64,000 bases of DNA, taken from Myxococcota bacterium. Lineage in GTDB: Bacteria; Myxococcota_A; UBA796; SXON01. The notes under the pieces are model-generated. The model ran no database searches and was not told the DNA's origin. It saw only the letters and a program-made list of their open reading frames with translations. The stretch is taken from positions 1-64,000 of the forward strand of contig JAZKFH010000042.1 of NCBI GenBank assembly GCA_040386535.1, written 5' to 3'. A program made the position numbers and the translations under genes. Shown here one piece after another: positions 50,868-63,416 of this stretch. Position 1 is the first letter of the stretch, and the number at the start of each line of letters is the position of its first letter.

Positions 50868-52274
50868 ATGCGTATCTCCCTGCTGCTCGCGTCCCTCGTC
50901 ACCCTCCCGTTGATCGCCTGCTCGGGCGACAAGTCCGAAGACACGGACGAGCCGGCCGATACGGACACCGACACCGATACGGACACCGACACCGACACGG
51001 ACACCGACACCGACACCGATACGGACACCGACACCGACATCGGGACCGACTCCTCGCTCCGGGTGATCCACCTCTCCCCCGACGCGCCGCCCCTGCACGT
51101 GTACACGAACGACGGCGAGACGCCCGTGTACTCCGACCTCACGTTCCAGATGGGGTCGGAGGCGGTCATCATGATCCCCGGGCCCATCAGCCTGCAGGTG
51201 GTGCCCACCGGCTCCCCCGACCGCACGGCCCTCGTCGACGTCGACTACACGCTGGTGACCGCCACGGCGTACACCGCGGTCGTCTACGGGCGCACCAACG
51301 GCATCAGCTCCGTCCTCCTCGAGGACAACGGCGCCGGCATCGAGGCGGGCAACGTGCGCCTGCAGTTCGTGCAGGCCGCCGCTGACCTCGCCCTCGTGGA
51401 CATCGTGGAGATCCCCGCCGGCACGATGCTCGCGGACAACCTGGCCCTCGGGACCAGCATCTCGTTCGACCGGCTCGCGGGCGCCCTGGCCCTCGGCGTC
51501 GACCGGAACGACGACGGGACGCCCGACTACCGCTTCACGGTGCCGGCGCTCGCCGGCGGCGCGGCGTACAACGTGTACGTGGTCACGACGGGCACCGCCA
51601 CGCCGTTCCTCCTCATCCAGTCGCCCGACGACAGCGTCGTGCGCATCGACACGGACGCGGAGCCCCCCACCTCCCGGGTGCGTGTCCTGCACGTCTCGCC
51701 CGACAGCTCGCCGCTCGACGTGTTCGTCGACGCGGGCGCCACCGCGAGCTTCAGCGGCCTCGCCTACGGGGCAGGCAGCATCTACGGCGTCTTCCCCCCG
51801 GGCGCGCACACCTTCGCGCTCTCGGCGACGGGCGGCACCGCGGAGGACGCGATCGTGTCCCTGCCCGAGCAGACCTTCGCGGACGCCACCCGCTATTCCA
51901 TCGTCGCCTACGGGCCCGCCGCGGCCCTCGCGGCGCTCACCCTGGTGGACGACTACAGCGGCATCACCGCGGGCAACGTGCGCCTCCAGCTCGCGCACAC
52001 CGCCTACGAGGTCGGCTCGGTCGACGTGTACGCGGACGGCACGCGGATCGTAGACGAGCTCGCCTACGGCGCCAGCGCGTCGGTCGACATCGTGTCCGCC
52101 GCGCTCGCCATCGGCATCGACACGAACGATGACGGCACGGCCGAGTTGAGCTTCACGCTTCCCGTGCTCGGCGTGGACACGCTCGTGAACGTGTACGCCG
52201 TGGCGGACGACGCCGGCGTGTACCTGCTCGCGCAGACCGCGGACGGCATGGAGACGGTCATCCTGCCCGACTGA
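50868..52274 (+). CDS. DUF4397-like lipoprotein (two domain copies) with Asp-Thr linker
   Basis: LIAC lipobox; (DT)n; RVIHLSPDAP and RVLHVSPDS repeats. Confidence 0.82.
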   Translation: MRISLLLASLVTLPLIACSGDKSEDTDEPADTDTDTDTDTDTDTDTDTDTDTDTDTDIGTDSSLRVIHLSPDAPPLHVYTNDGETPVYSDLTFQMGSEAVIMIPGPISLQVVPTGSPDRTALVDVDYTLVTATAYTAVVYGRTNGISSVLLEDNGAGIEAGNVRLQFVQAAADLALVDIVEIPAGTMLADNLALGTSISFDRLAGALALGVDRNDDGTPDYRFTVPALAGGAAYNVYVVTTGTATPFLLIQSPDDSVVRIDTDAEPPTSRVRVLHVSPDSSPLDVFVDAGATASFSGLAYGAGSIYGVFPPGAHTFALSATGGTAEDAIVSLPEQTFADATRYSIVAYGPAAALAALTLVDDYSGITAGNVRLQLAHTAYEVGSVDVYADGTRIVDELAYGASASVDIVSAALAIGIDTNDDGTAELSFTLPVLGVDTLVNVYAVADDAGVYLLAQTADGMETVILPD

Positions 52275-52332
52275 CCCACGGTGACGGACCCGGGTTCGGC
52301 GGCGGCGCACACCACGCGTTAGCCGCCGGCCC

Positions 52333-53457
52333 ATGTCCCCCGCCCTGTTGTTGACCGCCCTCGTGAGCACCGCCGGCGGCATCGTCACGCACGGGATCTT
52401 CTTCCTGGCGCACGCGGCCTACGGCTTCGGCGACGTCGACAACCTCTGGCTCGCCGTCGCGCTTTTCGTGCCCTACGTGCCCGCCGCGCTGCTCGCCGGC
52501 AAGGCGGCGCGCCGGTTCGGGACGCGCCGCGCGTTGATCGGCGCCAACCTGCTGATGATCCTCGCGGGCATCGTGCTGGCCACCCGCCCGCCGGAGCTCG
52601 GGCTCTGGATCGCCGCGCCGCTGTACAACGGCGCCGCCGGCCTGTTCTGGCCGCTGGTGGAGGGGTACATCGCGGGGGGCCGGCACGGGCCGGGGCTGCA
52701 CCGCGCGATCGGCACCTTCAACCTGACGTGGTCGGCCACGCTCGCGCCCGCGCTCTGGATCGTCGGCTTCGCGGGAGACGACCTCCTCACCACCTTCAGC
52801 GTGCTGCTCGCCTTGCACGCCGTCGGCGCCGTGGCCATCACGCGCCTCCCGGCGGATCCGGCGCCGCTCGACCACGCCGCCGCGGCCCCCGTCGGCCTCG
52901 ACTACCCCCTGTTGTTGTGGTCGAGCCGCGTCATCCTCCCGCTCGGCTACCTCCTCCTCGACGCGCTCTCGCCGCTCCTCCCCGGCGTGTGGGCGCGCGC
53001 GGGCGTCACCGGCGCGATGGCCGCGGTGTTGTCCTCCACCTGGATGGTGGCCCGCTTCTTCGTGTTCGTGCTGCTCTCGCGCTGGGCGGGCTGGCGTGGG
53101 CGCCCGGCGTTGCTCGCGGTCGGCGCGTTCGTGATGCTCACGAGCTTCGCGCTCGCCCTCGGCGGCGGCGACGCGTGGGTGGTGCTCGCGGGCCTCGCCG
53201 CCTTCGGCATCGGCCAGGGCGCCGTGTACTACGCGGCGCTCTACTACGGCATGGCCGTCGGACACGGCGAGGTCGAGTCGGGCGGCCGCCACGAGGCGGT
53301 CATCGGGCTCGGCTACCTGGGCGGGCCCGCGCTCGCGCTCGTCGGGCTCGCGGTGGGCGTCGCGCCGATCCACGCCGTCGGGACCGTCGCCACGCTCGGC
53401 ATCGCGGCGGGGCTGGCCCCGTGGGCCCGGCGGGCGGCGCGGGTGGTCAGGGAGTAG
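52333..53457 (+). CDS. MFS-like polytopic membrane protein
   Basis: About 12 hydrophobic segments; G...RRFG.RR loop motif. Confidence 0.75.
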   Translation: MSPALLLTALVSTAGGIVTHGIFFLAHAAYGFGDVDNLWLAVALFVPYVPAALLAGKAARRFGTRRALIGANLLMILAGIVLATRPPELGLWIAAPLYNGAAGLFWPLVEGYIAGGRHGPGLHRAIGTFNLTWSATLAPALWIVGFAGDDLLTTFSVLLALHAVGAVAITRLPADPAPLDHAAAAPVGLDYPLLLWSSRVILPLGYLLLDALSPLLPGVWARAGVTGAMAAVLSSTWMVARFFVFVLLSRWAGWRGRPALLAVGAFVMLTSFALALGGGDAWVVLAGLAAFGIGQGAVYYAALYYGMAVGHGEVESGGRHEAVIGLGYLGGPALALVGLAVGVAPIHAVGTVATLGIAAGLAPWARRAARVVRE

Positions 53458-55921
53458 CTTCGCGGGCGTAGACCACGTCGATCCGGTAGCGGCCGGACCA
53501 GGACGGCTCCGCGAACCACCCCCAGATCCCGCGTGCACCGACGCCGAGCACGTCCGACGCCGGCCCCACCGCCGACGGTGTCGCGTCCGCGAGCGTCATC
53601 AGGACGGTGGCCTCGTCGAACGTCGCGCCGTCTACCGCACGGACGGCGTAGGTCCGGTCGACATCCTGGCCGTAGATCAGCAGGTCCGCGGCGGCGTCGC
53701 CCACGACGGCGTCGAGCCAGACCGTGCCGGAGTTCCGGTCGTACAGCCCGGGGACGCAGGTCATCGGCACGTCCGCCGAGGGGACCGCGCCCGAGAGGCC
53801 CGCGATGTCGAGCAGGCAGAGCTGGTAGTCGCGGTCGATCTGCAGCCACCATCCCACCAGGCCCCCGCCATCGGGATCGTGGAGGGGCTCGGCCCCCGCC
53901 CAGTCGTCCCCCGCGAGCGTGAACCAGGTCTCGTCCAGGCGGAGGGTCCGCGACGGATCGAGGGCGCTCGAGCGGAAGAAACGGTCGACACCGGTCTCCA
54001 CCGTGTAGAGCTCGTCGCCGCCGTCCCCGTCGGCGTCCGGGACGCACCAGATGGCGCTCGTCGCGCCGGGCACGGCGCCGAGCCGCGGAAACCCGTCGGA
54101 GGTCACGGCCCCGCTCATGATCGCCCAGCCCACGTCCGTCCGGGCGGCCAGATCCGACAGGCCGTCCCCGTCGAAGTCACACGTGGGCATCGGGTTCGTG
54201 TCGTGGTCCTCGGTCCACGCCGCGATCGGCCCCCCCTCCGCGAGGCCGATCGCCACCGGCCCGGACACCACCTCGTGGGACCACGTGTCGTCGGCCTCGT
54301 GGGTGACGACCAGCGCGTCGTCCGCGCCGTCCCCATCCACGTCGTCGATCCAACGCAACACGACGTCCGACCAGTGCCTCGACCACGTGGCGTCGCACCA
54401 GGTGTAGCTCCCCCCCTCCACGAGCGCGGCCCCGTCGAACGCCGCGACGCTGGAGCTGCCGTAGGCGTCGGCGAGGACGAGGTCGACCACGCCGTCCCCA
54501 CTCACGTCGCGCCAGGCGGGGCCCTCCGGGATGCCGCCCCACTTGCCGCCGCGCACGGTGATCTCCCGCTGCGGTGTGAGGGACGCGGTGTAGGCGTAGG
54601 CCACGTCCGCCTCGGCCCCGTTGGACGGGACCGTGGGGATCGCCCACACCACGCCCTCGCCCGCCGTCAGTTCGTAGGCCGTCTGCGGCAGCGACACCCG
54701 CGTCAGCTCGAGCTCGATGCCCCGCGCGAGCGCGCCCACGTCGAGCGCCACGAGGTACCCCCCGCGGGTCACCCACACGTCCGGGACCCCGTCGCGATCG
54801 ATGTCGTCCCCGAGCGTGGCGTGCCCGCCGATGTCCTCCCGGAGGCACACCTTGTCGTCCCCGTCGGGATCGGTGCCGAGGAGCACGCAGAGCTTGTTGC
54901 CGCCATGGAACACGAGGAGCTCGTCGAGCCCGTCGCCGTCGGCGTCTCCGGGCGCGAACACCTCGTGGTAGGCGAGGTAGGGCGTGGTCATCAACGCCCC
55001 GTCGGACAAGCGCTCCCCGCCCGCGAGGAACGCCGCCGAGCCGATGATGGAGATCTCGTCGTACCCCGACACGGCGAGCTCCGGGATCCCGTCCCCGTCG
55101 CGGTCGCCCTCGAGCGCCGCGAGCCAGGTGCCGGCGTTGGAGCGGATCTCCGCGCCGTACGCGGTGGTGCTCCGCGTGACCCCGTCGAGCGTGAAGTCGA
55201 CGTCGAGCACGAGCGCCACGGCCCCCCTGCCGTAGTCCTCGCTCGGCCAGGCGAACAACCAGTCGTCCCGCCCGTCGCCGTCGATGTCGGCCCACCGCAC
55301 GAACGTCAGCTTCGTCTCGTCGAGCTGGGCGTGCGGCGTGACCTCGCCCCCGGCGAGCAGGTCGGCGCCGGAGACGGTCCACACCCGCGAGCCCCCGTCG
55401 CCCACCAGCAGATCGTCGAGGCCGTCCCCGTCGCGATCGCCGATCCAGGAGACGCGGGCACCGAAGTCGCCGCCACCCGCGCCGGCCGGGAGCATCACGA
55501 TCGTCGCGGCGTCCCACGTGCGCACGCCGTCCGCCACGGCGCTCCCGGCGAGGAGGTAGACCGCGCCGTCGCCGATGCCGACGCCGTCGTAGCCGGGCGC
55601 GCCGATCGCCAGCTCGCCCAGCCCGTCCCCGTCGAGGTCGGGCCCCGGCGCGAGCACGTGGGTGCCCTCGTCGTCGGTGCCACACGAGCCGACGGTCAGG
55701 TCCGGCGCCGCGAACGACTCGGGCCAGCGGTGCACGGTCGACGGGGGCGCGGCGGTGTCGTCGGTGTCCGCCGTATCGTCGGTGTCGGCCGTGTCGGTGT
55801 CGTCGGGGACAGTGTCGGTGTCGGTGTCGTCGGGGATCTCGGGCTTGTCGATGTCCCCGGGCCCCACGCAGGCGGCCAGCAGCACGAGCGGGGCGAGGGA
55901 GACGAGCGACGGCAGGCGCAT
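53447..55921 (-). CDS. Large lipoprotein with FG-GAP/VCBS-like repeats
   Basis: LAAC lipobox; DDT linker; many DxDGDG..DL repeats. Confidence 0.82.
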   Translation of the reverse strand: MRLPSLVSLAPLVLLAACVGPGDIDKPEIPDDTDTDTVPDDTDTADTDDTADTDDTAAPPSTVHRWPESFAAPDLTVGSCGTDDEGTHVLAPGPDLDGDGLGELAIGAPGYDGVGIGDGAVYLLAGSAVADGVRTWDAATIVMLPAGAGGGDFGARVSWIGDRDGDGLDDLLVGDGGSRVWTVSGADLLAGGEVTPHAQLDETKLTFVRWADIDGDGRDDWLFAWPSEDYGRGAVALVLDVDFTLDGVTRSTTAYGAEIRSNAGTWLAALEGDRDGDGIPELAVSGYDEISIIGSAAFLAGGERLSDGALMTTPYLAYHEVFAPGDADGDGLDELLVFHGGNKLCVLLGTDPDGDDKVCLREDIGGHATLGDDIDRDGVPDVWVTRGGYLVALDVGALARGIELELTRVSLPQTAYELTAGEGVVWAIPTVPSNGAEADVAYAYTASLTPQREITVRGGKWGGIPEGPAWRDVSGDGVVDLVLADAYGSSSVAAFDGAALVEGGSYTWCDATWSRHWSDVVLRWIDDVDGDGADDALVVTHEADDTWSHEVVSGPVAIGLAEGGPIAAWTEDHDTNPMPTCDFDGDGLSDLAARTDVGWAIMSGAVTSDGFPRLGAVPGATSAIWCVPDADGDGGDELYTVETGVDRFFRSSALDPSRTLRLDETWFTLAGDDWAGAEPLHDPDGGGLVGWWLQIDRDYQLCLLDIAGLSGAVPSADVPMTCVPGLYDRNSGTVWLDAVVGDAAADLLIYGQDVDRTYAVRAVDGATFDEATVLMTLADATPSAVGPASDVLGVGARGIWGWFAEPSWSGRYRIDVVYAREATP

Positions 55922-55934
55922 CCCCTCCTCTACC

Positions 55935-57566
55935 TCATTCCCGAGGGCGAGACAGCGAGGTTGCCAGCTCCGATGGCTGCAACCGCATCCGCGCGATCCA
56001 GGCCGCCACCTGCTCCGGTGTACCCCCACGGGACGCCGACGGTGCCAGGGCCGCCGGCGCATCCCCCGGCACCCGGGTCATCACGAACGACCGGTTGCGG
56101 ATGAACTGGGACTCCGTGCCGTCGCTGCCGTCGAGGAACGTGAAGTCGAGCGCCGTGCCGTCCAGATCGAAGATCCAGAGGTCGGTGCTGACCGCGGTGA
56201 GCGCGCGATCGTAGGTGTACCCGAGCTCGTCGAGCAGGGGCATGTCGACGTAGAGCACGTCCCCCTCGCGCGAGACGATGACGTCGCCCACGTTGTACTG
56301 GTCCAGGTAGGCGCCCACGTGCGCGTCGAGCCCGTCGGGATCGAACGTGTACGCGGGCGGGGCGGCGGAGGGCGCGGGCAGGGTCAGGAGCGAGCCGAAC
56401 GCGGCCGCGACGCTGCCGGAGAAGTTGTCGCCGAAGCCGTTCGACAGGATCGAGATGGCGAAGTCCTGGTCGGGCACCATGTAGAAGGTCGACGTGAACG
56501 AGAGCGTGTTGCCTCCGTGGCTCCAGTTCGGCACCTCGTACCAGTCCGCGCCGAGGAAGAAGCCGCGGTCGACGAACACGCCGTAGCCGTAGCCCTGCAC
56601 GTCGGGGAGGTAGCCGAGTGACACGTGCTCGGTGGTCAGCTCGGCGCGGAGCGTGTCGGAGAGCACCGCGGGGTCGCCGTGCATCAGGAAGGTCGCCATC
56701 CCGAGCATCTCCGTGGGGGTGGCCCACACCATCCCGGCCGGCCGAATCCAGGCCGGGTCGACCACGTTGCGCATCCCCACCGTGCCCACCGCGCCGGTGT
56801 TCACGTTGCGGTAGCCGTAGCCGGTGGCGTAGTCCCCATCGGCCTCGACCTCACTCTTGCGCGCGGTGGCCCGCGTCATCCCGAGCGGCCGGAGCACGTC
56901 CTCCGCGAGGATGTCGGGCCACATCCGCGTGTCGGCGACCTCGGTCGCGAGGCCGGCGAGGGAGAAGTTGGGGTTGGAGTAGTTCCAGAACTCCGCGGCG
57001 GGGTTCATCGCGTAGAGGTTCTCGCCGTAGATCCCGTAGGTGAGCGCGGCCAGCTCCGTGTCGTCGCTCGAGCTGTCCCACGGCACGTAGTCGTAGAGCC
57101 CGCTGGTCTGCGCGATCAGGTCGTGCAGGCGGATCTGGTCGTTCCACGTGGGGTCGAGCGTGTACTCGAGGAGCGGCACGGCGGTGGCGAGCGTGTCGTC
57201 CAGCGCGAGCGTGCCGTCCTCGACCTTCTGGAGGAGCGCGGTGGCCGTGAACATCTTCGTGGTCGAGCCGATCTGGAACAACGTGGTCGTCGTGATGGGC
57301 TGGTCCTCGTCGGGGTGGCCCGAGCCGAAGCCGCGCGCGAACACGATGGCGCCGTCCTGGTAGACCGCCACCGACGCGCCGGACGCGCTGCTCGCGGCGA
57401 TGTCGGCCTCGATGGCGGCGGCGAGGGCCGCGAAGCGGGGGTCGATGTCGGTGTCTTCGGTGTCCACGGTGTCGCCCGTGTCCGTGTCGCCCGTGTCCGT
57501 GTCGTTCGGACCGGCGGTGTCGATGGGGGCCTTGTCGGTGCAGGCGAGGAGGAGGAGCAGCGTCAT
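55935..57566 (-). CDS. Serine hydrolase lipoprotein (class C beta-lactamase/PBP-like)
   Basis: MTLLLLLAC; FQIGSTTK (SxxK), YSN, HGG. Confidence 0.9.
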   Translation of the reverse strand: MTLLLLLACTDKAPIDTAGPNDTDTGDTDTGDTVDTEDTDIDPRFAALAAAIEADIAASSASGASVAVYQDGAIVFARGFGSGHPDEDQPITTTTLFQIGSTTKMFTATALLQKVEDGTLALDDTLATAVPLLEYTLDPTWNDQIRLHDLIAQTSGLYDYVPWDSSSDDTELAALTYGIYGENLYAMNPAAEFWNYSNPNFSLAGLATEVADTRMWPDILAEDVLRPLGMTRATARKSEVEADGDYATGYGYRNVNTGAVGTVGMRNVVDPAWIRPAGMVWATPTEMLGMATFLMHGDPAVLSDTLRAELTTEHVSLGYLPDVQGYGYGVFVDRGFFLGADWYEVPNWSHGGNTLSFTSTFYMVPDQDFAISILSNGFGDNFSGSVAAAFGSLLTLPAPSAAPPAYTFDPDGLDAHVGAYLDQYNVGDVIVSREGDVLYVDMPLLDELGYTYDRALTAVSTDLWIFDLDGTALDFTFLDGSDGTESQFIRNRSFVMTRVPGDAPAALAPSASRGGTPEQVAAWIARMRLQPSELATSLSRPRE

Positions 57567-57684
57567 GGGAGTCTCCACGGAGCGGAGCCGTATCTCGGCC
57601 GCAGGGACACACGCGCGACGTCCCTCCCCCGTTCCCCACCCCTCCCGCCCGGCTACGTAGAAACGACCGACCCCAGGGTGCCCG

Positions 57685-59577
<1,893 letters not shown>

Positions 59578-59662
59578 GCCACCGGATCGCGTGAAGCCCG
59601 GGCTGCGGCATGGCGCTCGGCTGGCGTGTACGGTAGATTCGCCCTTCCTTTCCGGAGGCTTG

Positions 59663-61423
59663 ATGATCCCAGGGTCCGTTCGTTCGTGGGTCGAAGAGGT
59701 CCGTGCGCTCTGCCAACCCGACGCCGTGTATTGGTGTGACGGCTCCGAGGAGGAACGCGCGCGGCTCACCGCCGAGGCCGTGCGCGACGGGGTGCTGATC
59801 CCGCTGAACCCCGAGAAGCTGCCGAACAGCTACCTTCACCGGTCGGACCCGAGCGACGTTGCGCGCACCGAGCACCTGACCTTCATCTGCTCGAACGACA
59901 AAGACGACGCGGGCCCGAACAACAACTGGATGGCCCCCGCCGAGGCGCGGGCGAAGCTCACGCCGCTCTACGCCGGCGCGATGAAGGGCCGCACCCTCTA
60001 CGTGGTGCCGTTCGTCATGGGCCCCGTCGGCTCCCCCTTCTCGAAGGTGGGCGTCGAGCTCACCGACAGCGTCTACGTCGTGCTCAACATGCGCATCATG
60101 ACGCGCATGGGCACCCCGGCCTGGGCCCAGCTCGACATGACCGGCGGCGAGTTCACGCGCTGCCTCCACAGCCTCGGCGACCTGTCGCCCGACCGTCGCT
60201 TCATCTGCCACTTCCCCGAGGCGAACACCATCTGGTCGATCGGCTCGGGCTACGGCGGCAACGCGCTCCTCGGCAAGAAGTGCCTCGCGCTCCGCATCGC
60301 GAGCACGCTCGGGCGCGACCAGGGCTGGATGGCCGAGCACATGCTCATCCTGGGCGTGCAGAACCCGCGCGGCGAGAAACACTACGTGTGCGGCGCCTTC
60401 CCCAGCGCCTGCGGCAAGACCAACCTCGCCATGCTCATCCCGCCCGAGGCCATGCGGGAGAAGGGCTGGAAGGTGTGGACCGTGGGCGACGACATCGCGT
60501 GGCTGCGCCCCGGCCCGGACGGGCGTCTGTGGGCGGTCAACCCCGAGGCCGGCTTCTTCGGCGTCGCCCCGGGCACCTCGAACAAGACCAACCCGAACGC
60601 CATCGCGTCGGCCTCGCGCAACTCCATCTTCACCAACGTTGCGCTCAAGCCCGACGGGACGGTGTGGTGGGAGGGCCACCACGAGCCCCCGGTCGAGGGC
60701 ATGCTCGATTGGCGCGGCCGCCCGTGGAGCCCGGGGTCGGGGGAGAAGGCGGCCCAACCCAACAGCCGCTTCACGGCGCCGGCCGACCAGTGCCCGTGCA
60801 TCGCGCCCGAGTGGGAGGATCCCGCGGGCGTTCCCATCAGCGCCATCCTCTTCGGCGCGCGTCGCCCCCACGTGGTGCCGCTCGTGTACGAGGCGCGCAG
60901 CTGGCAGCATGGCACCTTCATCGGCGCCACCCTCGCCTCGGAGACCACTGCGGCCTCGACCGGCACCGTCGGCCTGCTCCGCCGCGACCCGATGGCGATG
61001 CTCCCCTTCTGCGGCTACAACATGGCCGACTACTTCGGCCACTGGCTGAAGATGGGCAAGGCCGTGACCCGGCCGCCGAAGGTGTTCGGCGTGAATTGGT
61101 TCCGCACGGCGGACGACGGCTCGTTCCTCTGGCCGGGCTACGGCGACAACCTGCGCGTCATCGAGTGGGTGCTGGAGCGGTGCGCGGGCCGCGGCGGCGC
61201 GATCGACACGCCGATCGGGGCCGTCCCCACGTCGCTCGATCTGGACGGGCTCCCCCTCGACGAGTCCGTGGTGGACGCGCTCCTTGAGGTCGACCCCGCG
61301 GAGTGGGCCGCCGAGGCGCTCGCCCAGGCCGACTTCCTCGCGGGCTACGGCGACCGGATGCCGAAGGCGTTGTGGGACGAGCACGCCGCGTTGGTGGAGC
61401 GTACGAGCAAGGTCCTCGCGTAG
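59663..61423 (+). CDS. pckG: Phosphoenolpyruvate carboxykinase (GTP)
   Basis: [52 protein letters not shown]. Confidence 0.96.
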   Translation: MIPGSVRSWVEEVRALCQPDAVYWCDGSEEERARLTAEAVRDGVLIPLNPEKLPNSYLHRSDPSDVARTEHLTFICSNDKDDAGPNNNWMAPAEARAKLTPLYAGAMKGRTLYVVPFVMGPVGSPFSKVGVELTDSVYVVLNMRIMTRMGTPAWAQLDMTGGEFTRCLHSLGDLSPDRRFICHFPEANTIWSIGSGYGGNALLGKKCLALRIASTLGRDQGWMAEHMLILGVQNPRGEKHYVCGAFPSACGKTNLAMLIPPEAMREKGWKVWTVGDDIAWLRPGPDGRLWAVNPEAGFFGVAPGTSNKTNPNAIASASRNSIFTNVALKPDGTVWWEGHHEPPVEGMLDWRGRPWSPGSGEKAAQPNSRFTAPADQCPCIAPEWEDPAGVPISAILFGARRPHVVPLVYEARSWQHGTFIGATLASETTAASTGTVGLLRRDPMAMLPFCGYNMADYFGHWLKMGKAVTRPPKVFGVNWFRTADDGSFLWPGYGDNLRVIEWVLERCAGRGGAIDTPIGAVPTSLDLDGLPLDESVVDALLEVDPAEWAAEALAQADFLAGYGDRMPKALWDEHAALVERTSKVLA

Positions 61424-61439
61424 CAGGGTAGTGGGGGAG

Positions 61440-62333
61440 ATGGTCCCCGCCGTCCCAGCGCCCCCCGCCGGCCGCGTCGTGCTCTCTCCGCGCCTCGCGG
61501 CCGTGGCGGCCCTCGTCCCCGCGGGGGGCGTCGTGGCCGACATCGGCACCGACCACGGGCAGCTCCCCGCCTTCCTCGTGCAGAGCGGGCGGGTGGCGCG
61601 CGCGGTGGGGGTGGACGACAAGGCGGCGCCGCTCGCCGTGGCGCAAGGGTTGGGCGCCACGCTCGGGCTCGGTGCGGCGCTCACGTACCAGCGGGGCTGG
61701 GGGTGCGCGGAGCTGCACGGCATCGACACTGTCACCGTCGCGGGGATGGGTGGGCCGCTGATCGCGCGCATCGTGGCCGGCGCGCGCGCGGCGGGGGCGC
61801 GCCAACTGGTGCTCCAGCCCAACATCGGCGACGCGGACCTGCGCGCGTGGCTCGACGAGAACGGCTGGACCCTCACCGTCGAGGCCCTCGTGACCGACCG
61901 GGGGCGCCGCTTCGTGATCCTCGCGGCCGTGGCGGGCCCCGCGATCGGCCTGGACACCGTCGATCGCGCCTATGGTCCGGCCCACCTGCATCGTGACCTC
62001 GCCGCGTTCGCCGCCCGCCTGGACGCGGAGGAGGCGCGCCTCACCGAGGTGCTCGCCCGCCACGGCGGCGCCCGCGCGGAGGCCGCGATCCGCGACCAAC
62101 TCGACGTGGTGGAGGCGGCGCGGGGGCGGCTGGTAGAGGAAGCCGGGAGCGGGGAGCGGGGAGCGGGGAGCCGGAAGCCGGAGAATCAGGAAGGCAGGAA
62201 GGCAGGAAGGAAGGAAAGCAGGAAGGAGGAAGCCGGAAGCCGGAAGCCGGAGAATCAGGAAGGCAGGAAGGAAGGAAAGCAGGAAGGAGGAAGCCGGAAG
62301 CCGGAAGCCGGAGAATCAGGAAGGCAGGAATAG
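61440..62333 (+). CDS. trmK: tRNA (adenine22-N1)-methyltransferase TrmK; C-terminus extends into the repeat array
   Basis: LSPRL, ADIGTDHG.LP, VAGMGG.LI, LVLQPN. Confidence 0.85.
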   Translation: MVPAVPAPPAGRVVLSPRLAAVAALVPAGGVVADIGTDHGQLPAFLVQSGRVARAVGVDDKAAPLAVAQGLGATLGLGAALTYQRGWGCAELHGIDTVTVAGMGGPLIARIVAGARAAGARQLVLQPNIGDADLRAWLDENGWTLTVEALVTDRGRRFVILAAVAGPAIGLDTVDRAYGPAHLHRDLAAFAARLDAEEARLTEVLARHGGARAEAAIRDQLDVVEAARGRLVEEAGSGERGAGSRKPENQEGRKAGRKESRKEEAGSRKPENQEGRKEGKQEGGSRKPEAGESGRQE

Positions 62334-62757
62334 AGGAAAGCAGGAAGTAGGAGAGGAGGAATAGGAAGGAGGCTGTTTCGGTCGGCTCCCCGTCGGATTT
62401 TCCTGCCTTGGTAGCCTCGCGTTTTCGTCGCCTTTTCTCCTGCCTTCCTTGTTTCCTGCCTTCCTGCTTCGCCTTTTTCCTGCTTCTCCGCTGCCTTTCT
62501 CGGTCGCCTTTTCTCCTGCCTTCCTTGTTTCCTGCCTTCCTGCTTCGCCTTTTTTCCTACCTTCCTTGTTTCCTGCCTTCCTGCTTCTCCGCCGCCTTTC
62601 TCCGTCGCCTTTCTCCTGCCTTCCTTGTTTCCTGCCTTCCTGATTCTCCGTCGCCTTCCTGCCTTCCTCGTTTCCTGCCTTCCTGCTTCTCCGATGCCTT
62701 CCCGCCTTCCTCGTTTCCTGCCTTCCTGATTCTCCGCCGCCTTCTCCTTCTTCCTGC
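62139..62757. repeat. Purine-rich/pyrimidine-rich inverted repeat array
   Basis: GGAGAATCAGGAAGGCAGGAA at 62180, 62249 and 62310; exact reverse complement at 62629 and 62715; about 6 CCTTCCT(T/C)GTTTCCTGCCTTCCTG units. Confidence 0.9.
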
Positions 62758-62771
62758 CCCCGGAGCCCCCC

Positions 62772-63374
62772 ATGCCCCCCCTCTCCGACGGCGATCACCT
62801 CGACGTCACCTTCGTCGGCGCCTCCCACCCCGGGGGCCGGTTCGTGCGCGGCGCCTACGAGCGCTGCCGCTTCGAGAAGTGCACGCTCACGGGCGCGCGC
62901 TTCGTCGACGCCCGCTTCACCGACTGTGTCTTCGTCGGGTGCGAGCTGACAACGTTGGGCGTGGACGGCACGAGCTTCACCAATGTCACCTTCACCAATT
63001 GCCGCGCCATGGGTGTCAATTGGACCGCGGCGCACCAGCTCACCTTCTCTGTCACGTTCGACCAGTGCCGCCTGGACAACTCCATGTTCGGCGGGATGCG
63101 CCTGAAGGGCCTGAAGATGGTGGACTGCAACCTCCAGGGTGTCGACTTCTCCGGCTGCGACCTCACCAACGCCCGGTTCCCCAAGTCGGACCTCGGCGGG
63201 GCCATCGTGCGTCAGGCCATCCTGAAGGGCGCCGACTTCAGCGACGCGCGCGACTTCGCGTTCGACCGTACCAACAAGGCCGGCAAGACACGCGTCAACC
63301 TCGAGACCGCGGCGCTCGTGCTCTCCGATCTCGGCCTGGTGGTGCCCGAGCTCGAGCGGCTGATGGGACGGTGA
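62772..63374 (+). CDS. Pentapeptide repeat protein
   Basis: (A/C/S)xFxx/(A/C)xLxx periodicity throughout; GGAG RBS. Confidence 0.88.
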   Translation: MPPLSDGDHLDVTFVGASHPGGRFVRGAYERCRFEKCTLTGARFVDARFTDCVFVGCELTTLGVDGTSFTNVTFTNCRAMGVNWTAAHQLTFSVTFDQCRLDNSMFGGMRLKGLKMVDCNLQGVDFSGCDLTNARFPKSDLGGAIVRQAILKGADFSDARDFAFDRTNKAGKTRVNLETAALVLSDLGLVVPELERLMGR

Positions 63375-63416
63375 TCTCGGTCGGAGAATCGGAGGCTCTT
63401 CCGGTATACTCCCGCC

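Noticed and set aside
50955..51040. Hexamer repeats as a contingency locus (also 1..83)
   Set aside because: In-frame Asp-Thr linkers common to these lipoproteins; length change would not shift the frame
62139..62757. Possible CRISPR array
   Set aside because: Repeats are low-complexity, variable in length and inverted, with no unique constant-length spacers and no cas genes
62255..62773. ORFs inside the purine/pyrimidine array
   Set aside because: Translations merely mirror the DNA repeat
62772..63374. Qnr-type quinolone resistance gene
   Set aside because: The generic pentapeptide repeat is not enough to assign Qnr without a search
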